Of a DNA stretch of 25,730 nt, positions 8,825-16,193 are shown one piece after another. The notes under the pieces are model-generated. The model worked only from the letters and a program-made list of their open reading frames with translations. It made no database searches and was not told the origin of the DNA. Position 1 is the stretch's first letter. Each line of letters starts with the position of its first letter. A program made the translations under genes and the position numbers. Source of the stretch: a virus (lineage: Duplodnaviria > Heunggongvirae > Uroviricota > Caudoviricetes); the IMG/VR virus record IMGVR_UViG_2713896781_000012; one strand, given 5' to 3'.

Positions 8825-9531
8825 CATCGCTGCCAACCAATAACCTGAAATAACCCCATTTTCGGGTGATACCAGCGAGTCCCTCGCGGTTCTGCTTCCT
8901 CCATAACCCGATAAAAAGCAGCCATAAACGGTTCCACAGCAACAATTGCGCGACGTGACAACAATCCGTCCGGCGTCATGAACTCATGTGTGTCTGTAGG
9001 AATTTGATAGGCGTTCACCAGATTGCGGCATTTATCATCTGACAAACCGGTTTTTGCTTTCAGTTGGCGATATCCGGCATAGCCCTCACGAATAGTGCCC
9101 TTTTTAATTTGCTCGACTGTTTCAGCAACGTGGCTGACTTTTTCTTCCACCTGAGTGATCCGTTTCTGTTGGCGAACGGCTTCAAGAGCCATCGCGGCAA
9201 CCATTTCGATTTCGCTCATTGGCTTACGGATCTGTTCTTCCAGTTCGCGCCAGCGATCTACCAGGCGAGCTGTGAATTCAGGACAGAGCTGTGCGACGAC
9301 AATGATGCTGTCGCGCTTACCTCGTTCACCTTCGAATACATACGCGCTAGAAAATCGGCGAGGCCCAAGTGATTGTTTATTCTCAATTTCCACAGTCTGT
9401 GGAAATTGGATGATTCCCTTTTTAGCCAGTGTTTCAATAGTTCTCTTAACACTATCTGGTCGGCTTCCCACCAACTCTGCGATCTCAACGCTGGTCATGG
9501 ATGCTTTGCCGTTAAAAATTGCGGTGTTCAT
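8824..9531 (-). CDS. Phage regulatory / antirepressor-like protein (Rha/ORF6N-like N-terminus), in the cII position
   Basis: 235 aa; N-terminal NGKASMTSVEIAELVGSRPDSVKRTIETL resembles the Rha/ORF6N DNA-binding motif. ATG at 9531 with AGGAGA RBS, ATGA overlap with the Cro-like gene. Confidence 0.45.
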   Translation of the reverse strand: MNTAIFNGKASMTSVEIAELVGSRPDSVKRTIETLAKKGIIQFPQTVEIENKQSLGPRRFSSAYVFEGERGKRDSIIVVAQLCPEFTARLVDRWRELEEQIRKPMSEIEMVAAMALEAVRQQKRITQVEEKVSHVAETVEQIKKGTIREGYAGYRQLKAKTGLSDDKCRNLVNAYQIPTDTHEFMTPDGLLSRRAIVAVEPFMAAFYRVMEEAEPRGTRWYHPKMGLFQVIGWQR

Positions 9532-9755
9532 TGTTGGTCTCCTGTGGGCTTGTCATCTTCTGTATTCGCTAGACTTGGGTGTGTATATGGAATGCTCGGA
9601 TCCAGATGACAAAGAATGGCAACATCCTCCGGAACACCTCGCGTTTTCCACTTTCCAACACCTTGACTGCCACGAGGCCTTCCTTTCTTTGGGAACCTGC
9701 GACCAATAGCGGCATTGGTTTTAAATTGAATTTTTAATATTTCATAAAGGGTCAT
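9528..9755 (-). CDS. Cro-like DNA-binding regulator (YdaS-like)
   Basis: 75 aa, divergent from the repressor gene; GSQGVGKWKTRGVPEDVAILCHL resembles the YdaS-type Cro motif from memory. Confidence 0.5.
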   Translation of the reverse strand: MTLYEILKIQFKTNAAIGRRFPKKGRPRGSQGVGKWKTRGVPEDVAILCHLDPSIPYTHPSLANTEDDKPTGDQQ

Positions 9756-9866
9756 TCTTTAGTCTCACGCCAGATACTTTGTTATCCAACGATGTTAACC
9801 ACAGGAACCCAAAGTATCAAGAAATTCTGTTACTTTAGTATCAACAGCCATGAGAGGAGAAGAAAA
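9756..9866. promoter_or_regulatory. Divergent promoter/operator region between the Cro-like and cI-like genes (OR-like)
   Basis: Three related sites: ATACTTTGTTATCCAAC (9774-9790), CCAAAGTATCAAG (9809-9821), TTACTTTAGTATCAAC (9831-9846), sharing GTATCAA/ACTTT half-sites. Confidence 0.5.
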
Positions 9867-10523
9867 ATGAAGTCTTTAGGTGAACGTCTCATCAACGCAC
9901 GGCAAAAAGCTGGGTTAACACAAGATGCGTTGGCTAAAAAAGCTGGGGTCACCAGAGTTGCAATAAGTAAAGCCGAGCAAGGCCTTACAAAAAGTTTCAA
10001 CGGTGACACCCTTTTTAAAGTTGCAGCTGCACTGCGGTGTTCACCGCAGTGGCTTCAGAACGGAGATGAAAAAGATAAGCATTGGGAAAATAATGTTAAG
10101 AGCTGCCCACAGAGAGACACAGCACACTCTTACCCTGTAATTAACTGGGTTCAGGCAGGATTATTCGCAACTTCTGGTGATGACTACAACATGTATGATC
10201 AGGATAATTGGAGGCATTCTGTAAAATACGCTGGTGAGAGGGGGTTCTGGCTGGAAGTGCACGGAGACTCAATGACTTCGCCCGTAGGAATAACATTTCC
10301 TGAAGGAATGTCGATCCTTGTCAACCCAGATAAAGAAGTTTTTTCAGGGTGTTACGTCATCGCCAGAAAAAAATCTACCAATGAAGCAACATTCAAAAAA
10401 TATATTTCTGACATGGGAAAGGCGTTTCTAAAGCCCCTTAATCCACAATATCCAATCATAGAAATGGACAATGATTGCGAAATAGTAGGTGTTGTGGTTG
10501 ATGCCAGGTGGGATATTTTCTGA
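9867..10523 (+). CDS. Prophage repressor, cI/LexA-like (HTH-XRE plus S24 peptidase domain)
   Basis: ATG at 9867 with GAGAGGAGAAG RBS (ORF-track start 9792 is upstream and in frame). N-terminal HTH (LTQDALAKKAGVTRVAISKAEQG); C-terminal S24 signature HGDSM...ARKKS and a QAG putative autocleavage site. Confidence 0.85.
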   Translation: MKSLGERLINARQKAGLTQDALAKKAGVTRVAISKAEQGLTKSFNGDTLFKVAAALRCSPQWLQNGDEKDKHWENNVKSCPQRDTAHSYPVINWVQAGLFATSGDDYNMYDQDNWRHSVKYAGERGFWLEVHGDSMTSPVGITFPEGMSILVNPDKEVFSGCYVIARKKSTNEATFKKYISDMGKAFLKPLNPQYPIIEMDNDCEIVGVVVDARWDIF

Positions 10524-10626
10524 CCAGACACAAAACACAAAAAGAAACCAAAGTATCAAAAATCACTTGCCACACCTTGATACCTTAGTTACCATAAAAC
10601 AAAGTTCGTAACTGAGGTATCATCTC
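10524..10626. promoter_or_regulatory. Candidate OL/pL-like operator-promoter region
   Basis: CCAAAGTATCAA at 10548-10559 is identical to the 12-mer at 9809-9820; further TTGATAC / GTATCA half-sites at 10577-10583 and 10616-10621. Confidence 0.45.
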
Positions 10627-11130
10627 ATGATCAATAAAGCTACAACTCTTGACTGTCTCGAAGAACTGAAAAACCTCGGCAGCCTCATTACACTAATAGC
10701 AAAAGCAACACCTGATGCTACGCTCTCTAGCGATATAGAGTCATGCGCAGGACTGGCATGGGATATGACAAATAGCATATCCAGAAAGCTATCGTCAGCA
10801 ATGCTTTTACAGAACAAAAATTCTGCAATCAACAACCGTCTTTGCACCCAACGCGAAGCCTGCGGCTTAACAACCGCCGAACTCGCCAGGCTGCTCGATC
10901 TCGATGAAGAAATTATCATCCAGTGGGAGAGCGGAGAGTATGAACCAACTATCAGTATGCTTATCCCACTGGCAAATATTCTTGGCTGCGATCCGATGTG
11001 GCTGTTAACTGGTGAGGTTACTCCTCCGGAGCAACCAAAAAGTGAGGAGCAGCAACACCATGACGCATCTCAACAAGTTTGCCCCTTATCTCGCGAAGCT
11101 CTTCTACGGAAGAACCAATACCAATGGTGA
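10627..11130 (+). CDS. HTH-XRE domain protein, first gene of the leftward early operon
   Basis: 167 aa; C-terminal half has a helix-turn-helix (LTTAELARLLDLDEEIIIQWESGEYEPTISMLIPLANILGCDPMWLLTG). Not arginine-rich, so not an N-like antiterminator. Confidence 0.6.
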   Translation: MINKATTLDCLEELKNLGSLITLIAKATPDATLSSDIESCAGLAWDMTNSISRKLSSAMLLQNKNSAINNRLCTQREACGLTTAELARLLDLDEEIIIQWESGEYEPTISMLIPLANILGCDPMWLLTGEVTPPEQPKSEEQQHHDASQQVCPLSREALLRKNQYQW

Positions 11131-11258
11131 CATAATCGCCGCTTCGCCCCTCAAGGTACATGCGAACATTTTTATCAATCATTGCGGAAACAGTCTCAAT
11201 ATGAAAACACTTCTGAGACTCGCTATATAGCAGAACATATAAGTCAGCTGAGGAAACC

Positions 11259-11624
11259 ATGAAAAAGTTCGAAAACATAACTGTTCTCCATGTTGATGAC
11301 TTTGATTATACAAACCCGGAACTTCTCCCGGAGGTTGTAAAGGCAATAGATGTTGCCGATATAGTGATTAGAGAAAAGAGAATTGTCAAAAACAGGCTCG
11401 TATGCACTTCAGGAGCAATGACAGAAACAACCTCACAGCAAGATAATTACGAAGGCATTTGCCTGGAGCCTGATTCATTTGCGGTAAATGTTTATCATTT
11501 ATTGCATGCAACACAGGTATTACATATGTCCAGTAATCACGAAACGAAAACACTCGGCAGCGAAATTCTGAGTTTTGCATGTGAGTATACAAAAGCTGCT
11601 GCCGAAAAAGAATTAGCGCAATAA
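11259..11624 (+). CDS. Hypothetical protein, 121 aa
   Basis: ATG with GAGGAA RBS 4-5 nt upstream; GC about 40%, lower than neighbouring phage genes. Confidence 0.55.
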   Translation: MKKFENITVLHVDDFDYTNPELLPEVVKAIDVADIVIREKRIVKNRLVCTSGAMTETTSQQDNYEGICLEPDSFAVNVYHLLHATQVLHMSSNHETKTLGSEILSFACEYTKAAAEKELAQ

Positions 11625-11818
11625 CAACAAATATGCCCTGAACGTTTATTGCGGTTTTATCGCCGGGGATTGTTACAACCTTAAACCACAGGAGGCTTTA
11701 TTGTGACTTTTATAAAGAATATGGCATCACACAAGACCGCCTGCCTTATTGCACAATACGGTGAAAATTACATGCATATTGCCTGCTTATTTCTGCGTAA
11801 AGCATACGGGAGATAATA

Positions 11819-12001
11819 ATGCATCAGAAAACAGCAGAACACGAACAAACCAGAATATTGCTGACCATCAAAAACGGGAAAGTAATATTCATTCGCCATG
11901 TTCATGACGATGAACTTGTAGGAACTCTTTCAACATTCCTGTTTATTGCAGAAAGGGCAGGATATGACGTTATTGCACCAGCAGATGAAGATGAGGAATA
12001 A
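11819..12001 (+). CDS. Hypothetical small protein, 60 aa, acidic C-terminus
   Basis: ATG with GGGAGA RBS; followed 5 nt later by the next gene; preceded by a 37-codon GTG-initiated ORF (11703-11816) with AGGAGG RBS. Confidence 0.5.
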   Translation: MHQKTAEHEQTRILLTIKNGKVIFIRHVHDDELVGTLSTFLFIAERAGYDVIAPADEDEE

Positions 12002-12006
12002 ATATC

Positions 12007-12588
12007 ATGCAATACGATGAATTCCAGGCTGAAGCAACAGCCAATGGTATACGAACTGGCAGTATGACGATTGATTATCACGACGCCATACGTCGTCTGG
12101 ATGCCGGAGAATTCGATACTCCTAATGTGCGAGGTTTACGTATCCTTCAGTGTCTGGCGCAAGCCGACGAAGCAGGATTACTGGGTAAACTTCCGGTTGA
12201 GATGAAGGTTGCTCAGTGGCGATGGTTGTATGTGACGACATTCATCAACGAAGAAGAAGACAAGAACGGCACAATTGATATCCTGAATGAACACGGAACA
12301 ATTGAACACGCCGTGGTATATAACGGGATGTATGGGTTTATGACGATATATCCCGGCCCCATTCGATTTGCCTTACAACAGTATATTGAATGGAATTTAA
12401 TTCAAAAATACGGCGAAGCTGAAGGAATGGGAAGAGCGCTGTTTCTTTATCAGAAAATGCTCACTACTTCCCCTGATAAAGGTTTCATTCTTTCAGATAT
12501 GGGTCGAGAAGGGCTTGAAATCCTTCTGGATGAAATTATTAACGAAATGAATACTCATGGCATGCAATCCGAAACAGATATTAAGTAA
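12007..12588 (+). CDS. Hypothetical protein, 193 aa
   Basis: Long ORF in the same AT-rich operon; no family recognised. Confidence 0.6.
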   Translation: MQYDEFQAEATANGIRTGSMTIDYHDAIRRLDAGEFDTPNVRGLRILQCLAQADEAGLLGKLPVEMKVAQWRWLYVTTFINEEEDKNGTIDILNEHGTIEHAVVYNGMYGFMTIYPGPIRFALQQYIEWNLIQKYGEAEGMGRALFLYQKMLTTSPDKGFILSDMGREGLEILLDEIINEMNTHGMQSETDIK

Positions 12589-12598
12589 AAGGGACCAC

Positions 12599-12847
12599 AT
12601 GACCGTTATCGAGTATATCCAGGAAAATCCAGATTGCAGTAGAGAAGATATATCCCTCGCACTTGGAAGAAGCGCAACTTCTATCAGTAATGAATTATCA
12701 CGGTTATTGTGGAATGGGTTAATAGTACGAACTGGAGAAAAAAACAAAACGATTCTGTACTGCGTAAACAATCTGCCGTTTGGATACAGCAATCCCCTAA
12801 GTGTTATGTTCAACCAGTTACTTAAACAGGTAAGAAATGGCAACTGA
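12599..12847 (+). CDS. Putative winged-helix DNA-binding protein, 82 aa
   Basis: ATG at 12599 just after the upstream stop (ORF-track start 12557 overlaps the previous gene); REDISLALGRSATSISNELSRLLWNGLIVR resembles a winged-helix recognition region. Confidence 0.5.
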   Translation: MTVIEYIQENPDCSREDISLALGRSATSISNELSRLLWNGLIVRTGEKNKTILYCVNNLPFGYSNPLSVMFNQLLKQVRNGN

Positions 12848-13154
12848 CTCACAACTAACCATAGAAACGGCCCTGAATGTCGGCCTGGCGCTCCTTGGTT
12901 ATTTTTACATCGTGTTCTGCAGCGGACGGTGGCTGTCGCTGTTGTTCCTGAAAAAATGGAATAAACGCCGTAAGCAGGATGAACGCCAGAAGGCAATGAA
13001 TGCGTTTTCCGAAGCCTTCGGAATTGACGGCATGGAACCAGGGGATCCAGCTCGCGCAATCAGCAGAGGGGGTGTAGTAATCCTTGTATATCGGAGTGAA
13101 GAGAAAAATGACGATCACAAAACAACGAGTAGAAAAAATCATATATCGCCATGA
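12837..13154 (+). CDS. Hypothetical membrane protein, 105 aa
   Basis: One predicted transmembrane helix (LNVGLALLGYFYIVFCSGRWLSLLFL) followed by a basic stretch; overlaps the upstream gene by 11 nt. Confidence 0.45.
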   Translation: MATDSQLTIETALNVGLALLGYFYIVFCSGRWLSLLFLKKWNKRRKQDERQKAMNAFSEAFGIDGMEPGDPARAISRGGVVILVYRSEEKNDDHKTTSRKNHISP

Positions 13155-13422
13155 AATGGGACTGAACAGCGATGTCACTGCCGAAGAGGTTTATGACCTG
13201 GCTGTACTGGCGCTGAATTTATCAAATATCGCAAACCTGAAGCGATACGAGCTTGATATGGATGGTTGCGACTCGTGCGGTCAGGATTGTGGCGCAGATA
13301 TGACTGAAGATCCTGATGGTGATTATGTCCTGTTTGATGACGTGGTTAAGTTGTTTGAATTTGATACAACCACTCAAAAGTTAGAAATCCCGGCAAAGGA
13401 GGCTGCCAGTGAGCAAGATTGA
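13108..13422 (+). CDS. Hypothetical acidic protein, 104 aa (start uncertain)
   Basis: ATG at 13108 with GGAG/GAGA upstream (ORF-track start 13084 is TTG); alternative ATG at 13156 would avoid a 47-nt overlap. Confidence 0.45.
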   Translation: MTITKQRVEKIIYRHEMGLNSDVTAEEVYDLAVLALNLSNIANLKRYELDMDGCDSCGQDCGADMTEDPDGDYVLFDDVVKLFEFDTTTQKLEIPAKEAASEQD

Positions 13423-14095
13423 CTATCAGGCACTGCGCGAGGCGGCGGAACAGGCAACGCAAGATGAATGGGTAGCATATATTTTGCCGGGTCATAACGG
13501 CATTTATCCTGCGCGCACGTCTGAGGGTAGGCATTGCGGATACTTTATTGACTGGCCTGGCGTCTGTCAGGGGCGGGAGAGCATCAACATGAGCATCAGA
13601 ACCTACGCAGTGAATTGCAATGACGCATGGCTAAACACCGAAGGTGATGACATCTCCGGCTCATACGTTAAGTACAAAGACCATCAGGAAGTGGTTGCCG
13701 CTCTTGAGGCCAAGTGCGCGGCGCTGACAGCGGAGAATGCGGGAATAAAGTCTGCAATTCCAGAATCACGGGATATTGAGGATGACAATGACAATATGGA
13801 TGACGTATCTCTCGCGGAAGACTTCGGGTTCAATCATGCAATAGAACGGATGAGGAGACAGATACCTGAAACGCCAACCACTGATGCTTTCCTGGCTGAA
13901 GTCCGGGCGCAGGGGGTGGATGCTGCTATAGAAGCTGCAAAAAATCTGGTGGCCCAAGAATATGAGTATAAGGATTTCAAAGCGGCGCAGAGTGATTGCT
14001 GTATGCACCCTGGTTCAGACCTGGTAGGGAAGGTTGAAATGACTGAGTGGTTAGTTGACTTTGCTGCCCAGCTTCGCAAAGGAGGCAACCAGTGA
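13409..14095 (+). CDS. Ea22-like family protein
   Basis: GTG start with AAAGGAGG RBS; N-terminus SKIDYQALREAAEQATQDEW matches the Ead/Ea22-like signature from memory. Confidence 0.65.
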   Translation: MSKIDYQALREAAEQATQDEWVAYILPGHNGIYPARTSEGRHCGYFIDWPGVCQGRESINMSIRTYAVNCNDAWLNTEGDDISGSYVKYKDHQEVVAALEAKCAALTAENAGIKSAIPESRDIEDDNDNMDDVSLAEDFGFNHAIERMRRQIPETPTTDAFLAEVRAQGVDAAIEAAKNLVAQEYEYKDFKAAQSDCCMHPGSDLVGKVEMTEWLVDFAAQLRKGGNQ

Positions 14096-14628
14096 GCGAA
14101 ATTAATTACCAGTCACTGCGTGAGGTGGCGGAACGTGCAATTCCAGCAATGGAACGCCTGTTAATGTTGCCAGCTGATGATGATTTGTTAAGTGAACAGG
14201 AACTTAAAGATTACGGTGTGGATATTGATGCGCTCAATGCCTTCAAATTTCTGACCGGACCAGAAACCGTGCTGGCACTACTGGATGAACGGGAAAGAAA
14301 CCAGCAATACATCAAACGCCGCGACCAGGAGAACGAGGATATTGCGCTTACGGTTGGGAAGCTGCGCGTTGAGCTTGAAGCAGCAAAATCAAAACTCAAC
14401 GAGCAGCGCGAGTATTACGAGGGAGTTATCTCTGATGGGTGCAAGCGTATTGCTGAACTGGAAGCGCGGGAAGTTCAATTACCGACTCGCTACGACCTTC
14501 GATATGGACACCCGATAAATGCAGATGAGCGACAAGTCATGATACCTAAAGAAAATGGCAGTTGGCTTTACCTGATTGACCTAGAACACGCATTACGCGT
14601 CGCTGACATTCGTATCAAAGGAGAGTGA
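14092..14628 (+). CDS. Ea22-like family protein (paralogue of the preceding gene)
   Basis: GTG start in the same context (CAAAGGAGGCAACCAGTGAGC); N-terminus SEINYQSLREVAERA; GTGA overlap with the upstream stop. Confidence 0.65.
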   Translation: MSEINYQSLREVAERAIPAMERLLMLPADDDLLSEQELKDYGVDIDALNAFKFLTGPETVLALLDERERNQQYIKRRDQENEDIALTVGKLRVELEAAKSKLNEQREYYEGVISDGCKRIAELEAREVQLPTRYDLRYGHPINADERQVMIPKENGSWLYLIDLEHALRVADIRIKGE

Positions 14629-14629
14629 T

Positions 14630-14893
14630 ATGGCCACTTTAACAAAAAAAGAACGGGCATGGTTGAATGAATTACAGGACGTTCTTGATCGCTGTCCATC
14701 ACCAAAAAAAATTGGTTTTTACACCATTGGCGATAAAACCATTTACCTGTATGACCTACGCCGCATGGATGAAATCATGGAGGCTCTTGATAATCGTTCG
14801 TCGATGGATTGGTGTGTTGCTGTCCATGATATGAATGCAGGGTTTGATGAAAAGATTTTGTTCCCCTCATCAGTTGAAAGCACTGCGGGTTAA
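14630..14893 (+). CDS. Hypothetical protein, 87 aa
   Basis: ATG with AGGAGAG RBS, 1 nt after the upstream stop. Confidence 0.55.
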   Translation: MATLTKKERAWLNELQDVLDRCPSPKKIGFYTIGDKTIYLYDLRRMDEIMEALDNRSSMDWCVAVHDMNAGFDEKILFPSSVESTAG

Positions 14894-14903
14894 GGAGTAA
14901 CAC

Positions 14904-15416
14904 ATGACCACTATAACCAAAGAGCGACTGCTGACAATCAAGCAGTGGCGCGAAACATACGGACCGGGTAGCAACGTTGTGCTTCCAGCAGAAGAAGCGG
15001 AAGAGCTGGCACGGATTGCGCTGGCATCACTGGCAGCAGAGCCGGTGGCAAAGATTATAGCTCATTACCCATTAGGAGTTGACGTAGGCAAACAAAAATT
15101 CGTACAGGCCATTAGAGAGCTTCCTGACTTTGGCGGATATCTATTTGCCGCCCCTCCAGCGCCGATAGTGCCGGAAGAAATGTATTGGCAGGATGCGCCA
15201 GTTGAAGGCAGCAGCAAAGCGGCTGCATACGCTACAGGCTGGAACGATTGCCGCGAAGCCATGCTTCAGTCCGGAAACTTTCGGGAAAATAAAGATTCGT
15301 CAACCAATAATTTTCGGAAAATCCCGGAAGCGTCAACCAGCTCTCCGGTAACTCCGGATGGTTGGATAAGCTGTAGTGAGCGAATGCCGGACGACAGGCA
15401 GGAGGTGAATCAATGA
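14904..15416 (+). CDS. Hypothetical protein, 170 aa
   Basis: ATG with AAGGAG RBS. Confidence 0.55.
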   Translation: MTTITKERLLTIKQWRETYGPGSNVVLPAEEAEELARIALASLAAEPVAKIIAHYPLGVDVGKQKFVQAIRELPDFGGYLFAAPPAPIVPEEMYWQDAPVEGSSKAAAYATGWNDCREAMLQSGNFRENKDSSTNNFRKIPEASTSSPVTPDGWISCSERMPDDRQEVNQ

Positions 15417-15496
15417 GCTGGCCTGATGCAATCGTAACTCTGGGGGTGGTCTTCGCAGCAGCGTTTGTTGTGTTCTCGATTTGTCGATGGGGATAA
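15413..15496 (+). CDS. Candidate small hydrophobic peptide, 27 aa
   Basis: ATG overlaps the upstream stop (ATGA) with GGAGG 7 nt upstream; encodes MSWPDAIVTLGVVFAAAFVVFSICRWG, a single predicted transmembrane helix. Below the ORF-track size cut-off. Confidence 0.35.
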   Translation: MSWPDAIVTLGVVFAAAFVVFSICRWG

Positions 15497-15500
15497 CCAC

Positions 15501-15743
15501 ATGTTCGCTTTGATTCAACGCGGTCAGATATACACGGACAGAGCCGGATACCCCGTGGTGATTACTCGCATCACTGAGCACTCAGTGTTCTTTCGACGGA
15601 TGGACGGACGATCAGGGCGGGTACGCATTGGTGAGTTAAACTGCCTGTTCGAACATATTGACCACCAGGAGTACCGCAAAATTCTCGCGGACACTGAGCA
15701 GGAAAAGCACCTGAAAAAATTACGAGCCATAAAAAGGAAGTAA
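15501..15743 (+). CDS. Small prophage protein, DUF4222-like, 80 aa
   Basis: ATG at 15501 (ORF-track start 15465 is TTG); IQRGQIYTDRAGYPVVITRITEHSVFFRR pattern recalled for DUF4222 proteins found near int/xis. Confidence 0.4.
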   Translation: MFALIQRGQIYTDRAGYPVVITRITEHSVFFRRMDGRSGRVRIGELNCLFEHIDHQEYRKILADTEQEKHLKKLRAIKRK

Positions 15744-15746
15744 AGA

Positions 15747-15893
15747 ATGAATAAAGCATTTGAACGATGGGTCCACCAGCGTTACGGCAATCGCTATGAC
15801 CTGACGCGAGATGTTGACGGCTTCTACTGTCGTGAAGTTGTGAAGCGAATGTTTGAAGTGTGTTGCCACTGCCGTGGGCTGAGTGTTGTGTGA
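15747..15893 (+). CDS. Candidate small Cys-rich protein, 48 aa
   Basis: ATG with AGGAAG RBS; MNKAFERWVHQRYGNRYDLTRDVDGFYCREVVKRMFEVCCHCRGLSVV. Below the ORF-track size cut-off. Confidence 0.35.
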   Translation: MNKAFERWVHQRYGNRYDLTRDVDGFYCREVVKRMFEVCCHCRGLSVV

Positions 15894-15901
15894 GGTAATA
15901 C

Positions 15902-16138
15902 ATGGGCAATGTGATTCAACTGGCTCCCAATGAATGGGTTTGTGAAAGCGTTCTTATCGCAATTACCGGGCTCAAACCAGGCACAATTCTTCGGGCCCGG
16001 AAAGAATGCTGGATGGTTGGAAGAGAGTATATTCACGTATCACCAGACGGTAATCCAAAGCCTTCCAGTGAATGTATGTATAACAGAAAAGCAATAGATG
16101 CCTGGGTCGCCTCAATGAAAAACAAACAACCCAGGTGA
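15902..16138 (+). CDS. Putative excisionase (Xis-like DNA-binding protein)
   Basis: 78 aa immediately upstream of the integrase; GAGG RBS; NEW...GREYIHVSPDG resembles the lambda-type Xis pattern. Confidence 0.5.
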   Translation: MGNVIQLAPNEWVCESVLIAITGLKPGTILRARKECWMVGREYIHVSPDGNPKPSSECMYNRKAIDAWVASMKNKQPR

Positions 16139-16193
16139 TTTAATATCATGAAATATGTAAGCTCGTATCGCTCTTGGGCGTCTGGAGGTATCG

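Noticed and set aside
9064-9709. Plus-strand ORFs of 102, 184 and 78 aa
   Set aside because: Antisense to the cII-position and Cro-like genes.
10627-11130. Possibility that this gene is an N-like antiterminator
   Set aside because: No arginine-rich motif; it has a clear helix-turn-helix instead.
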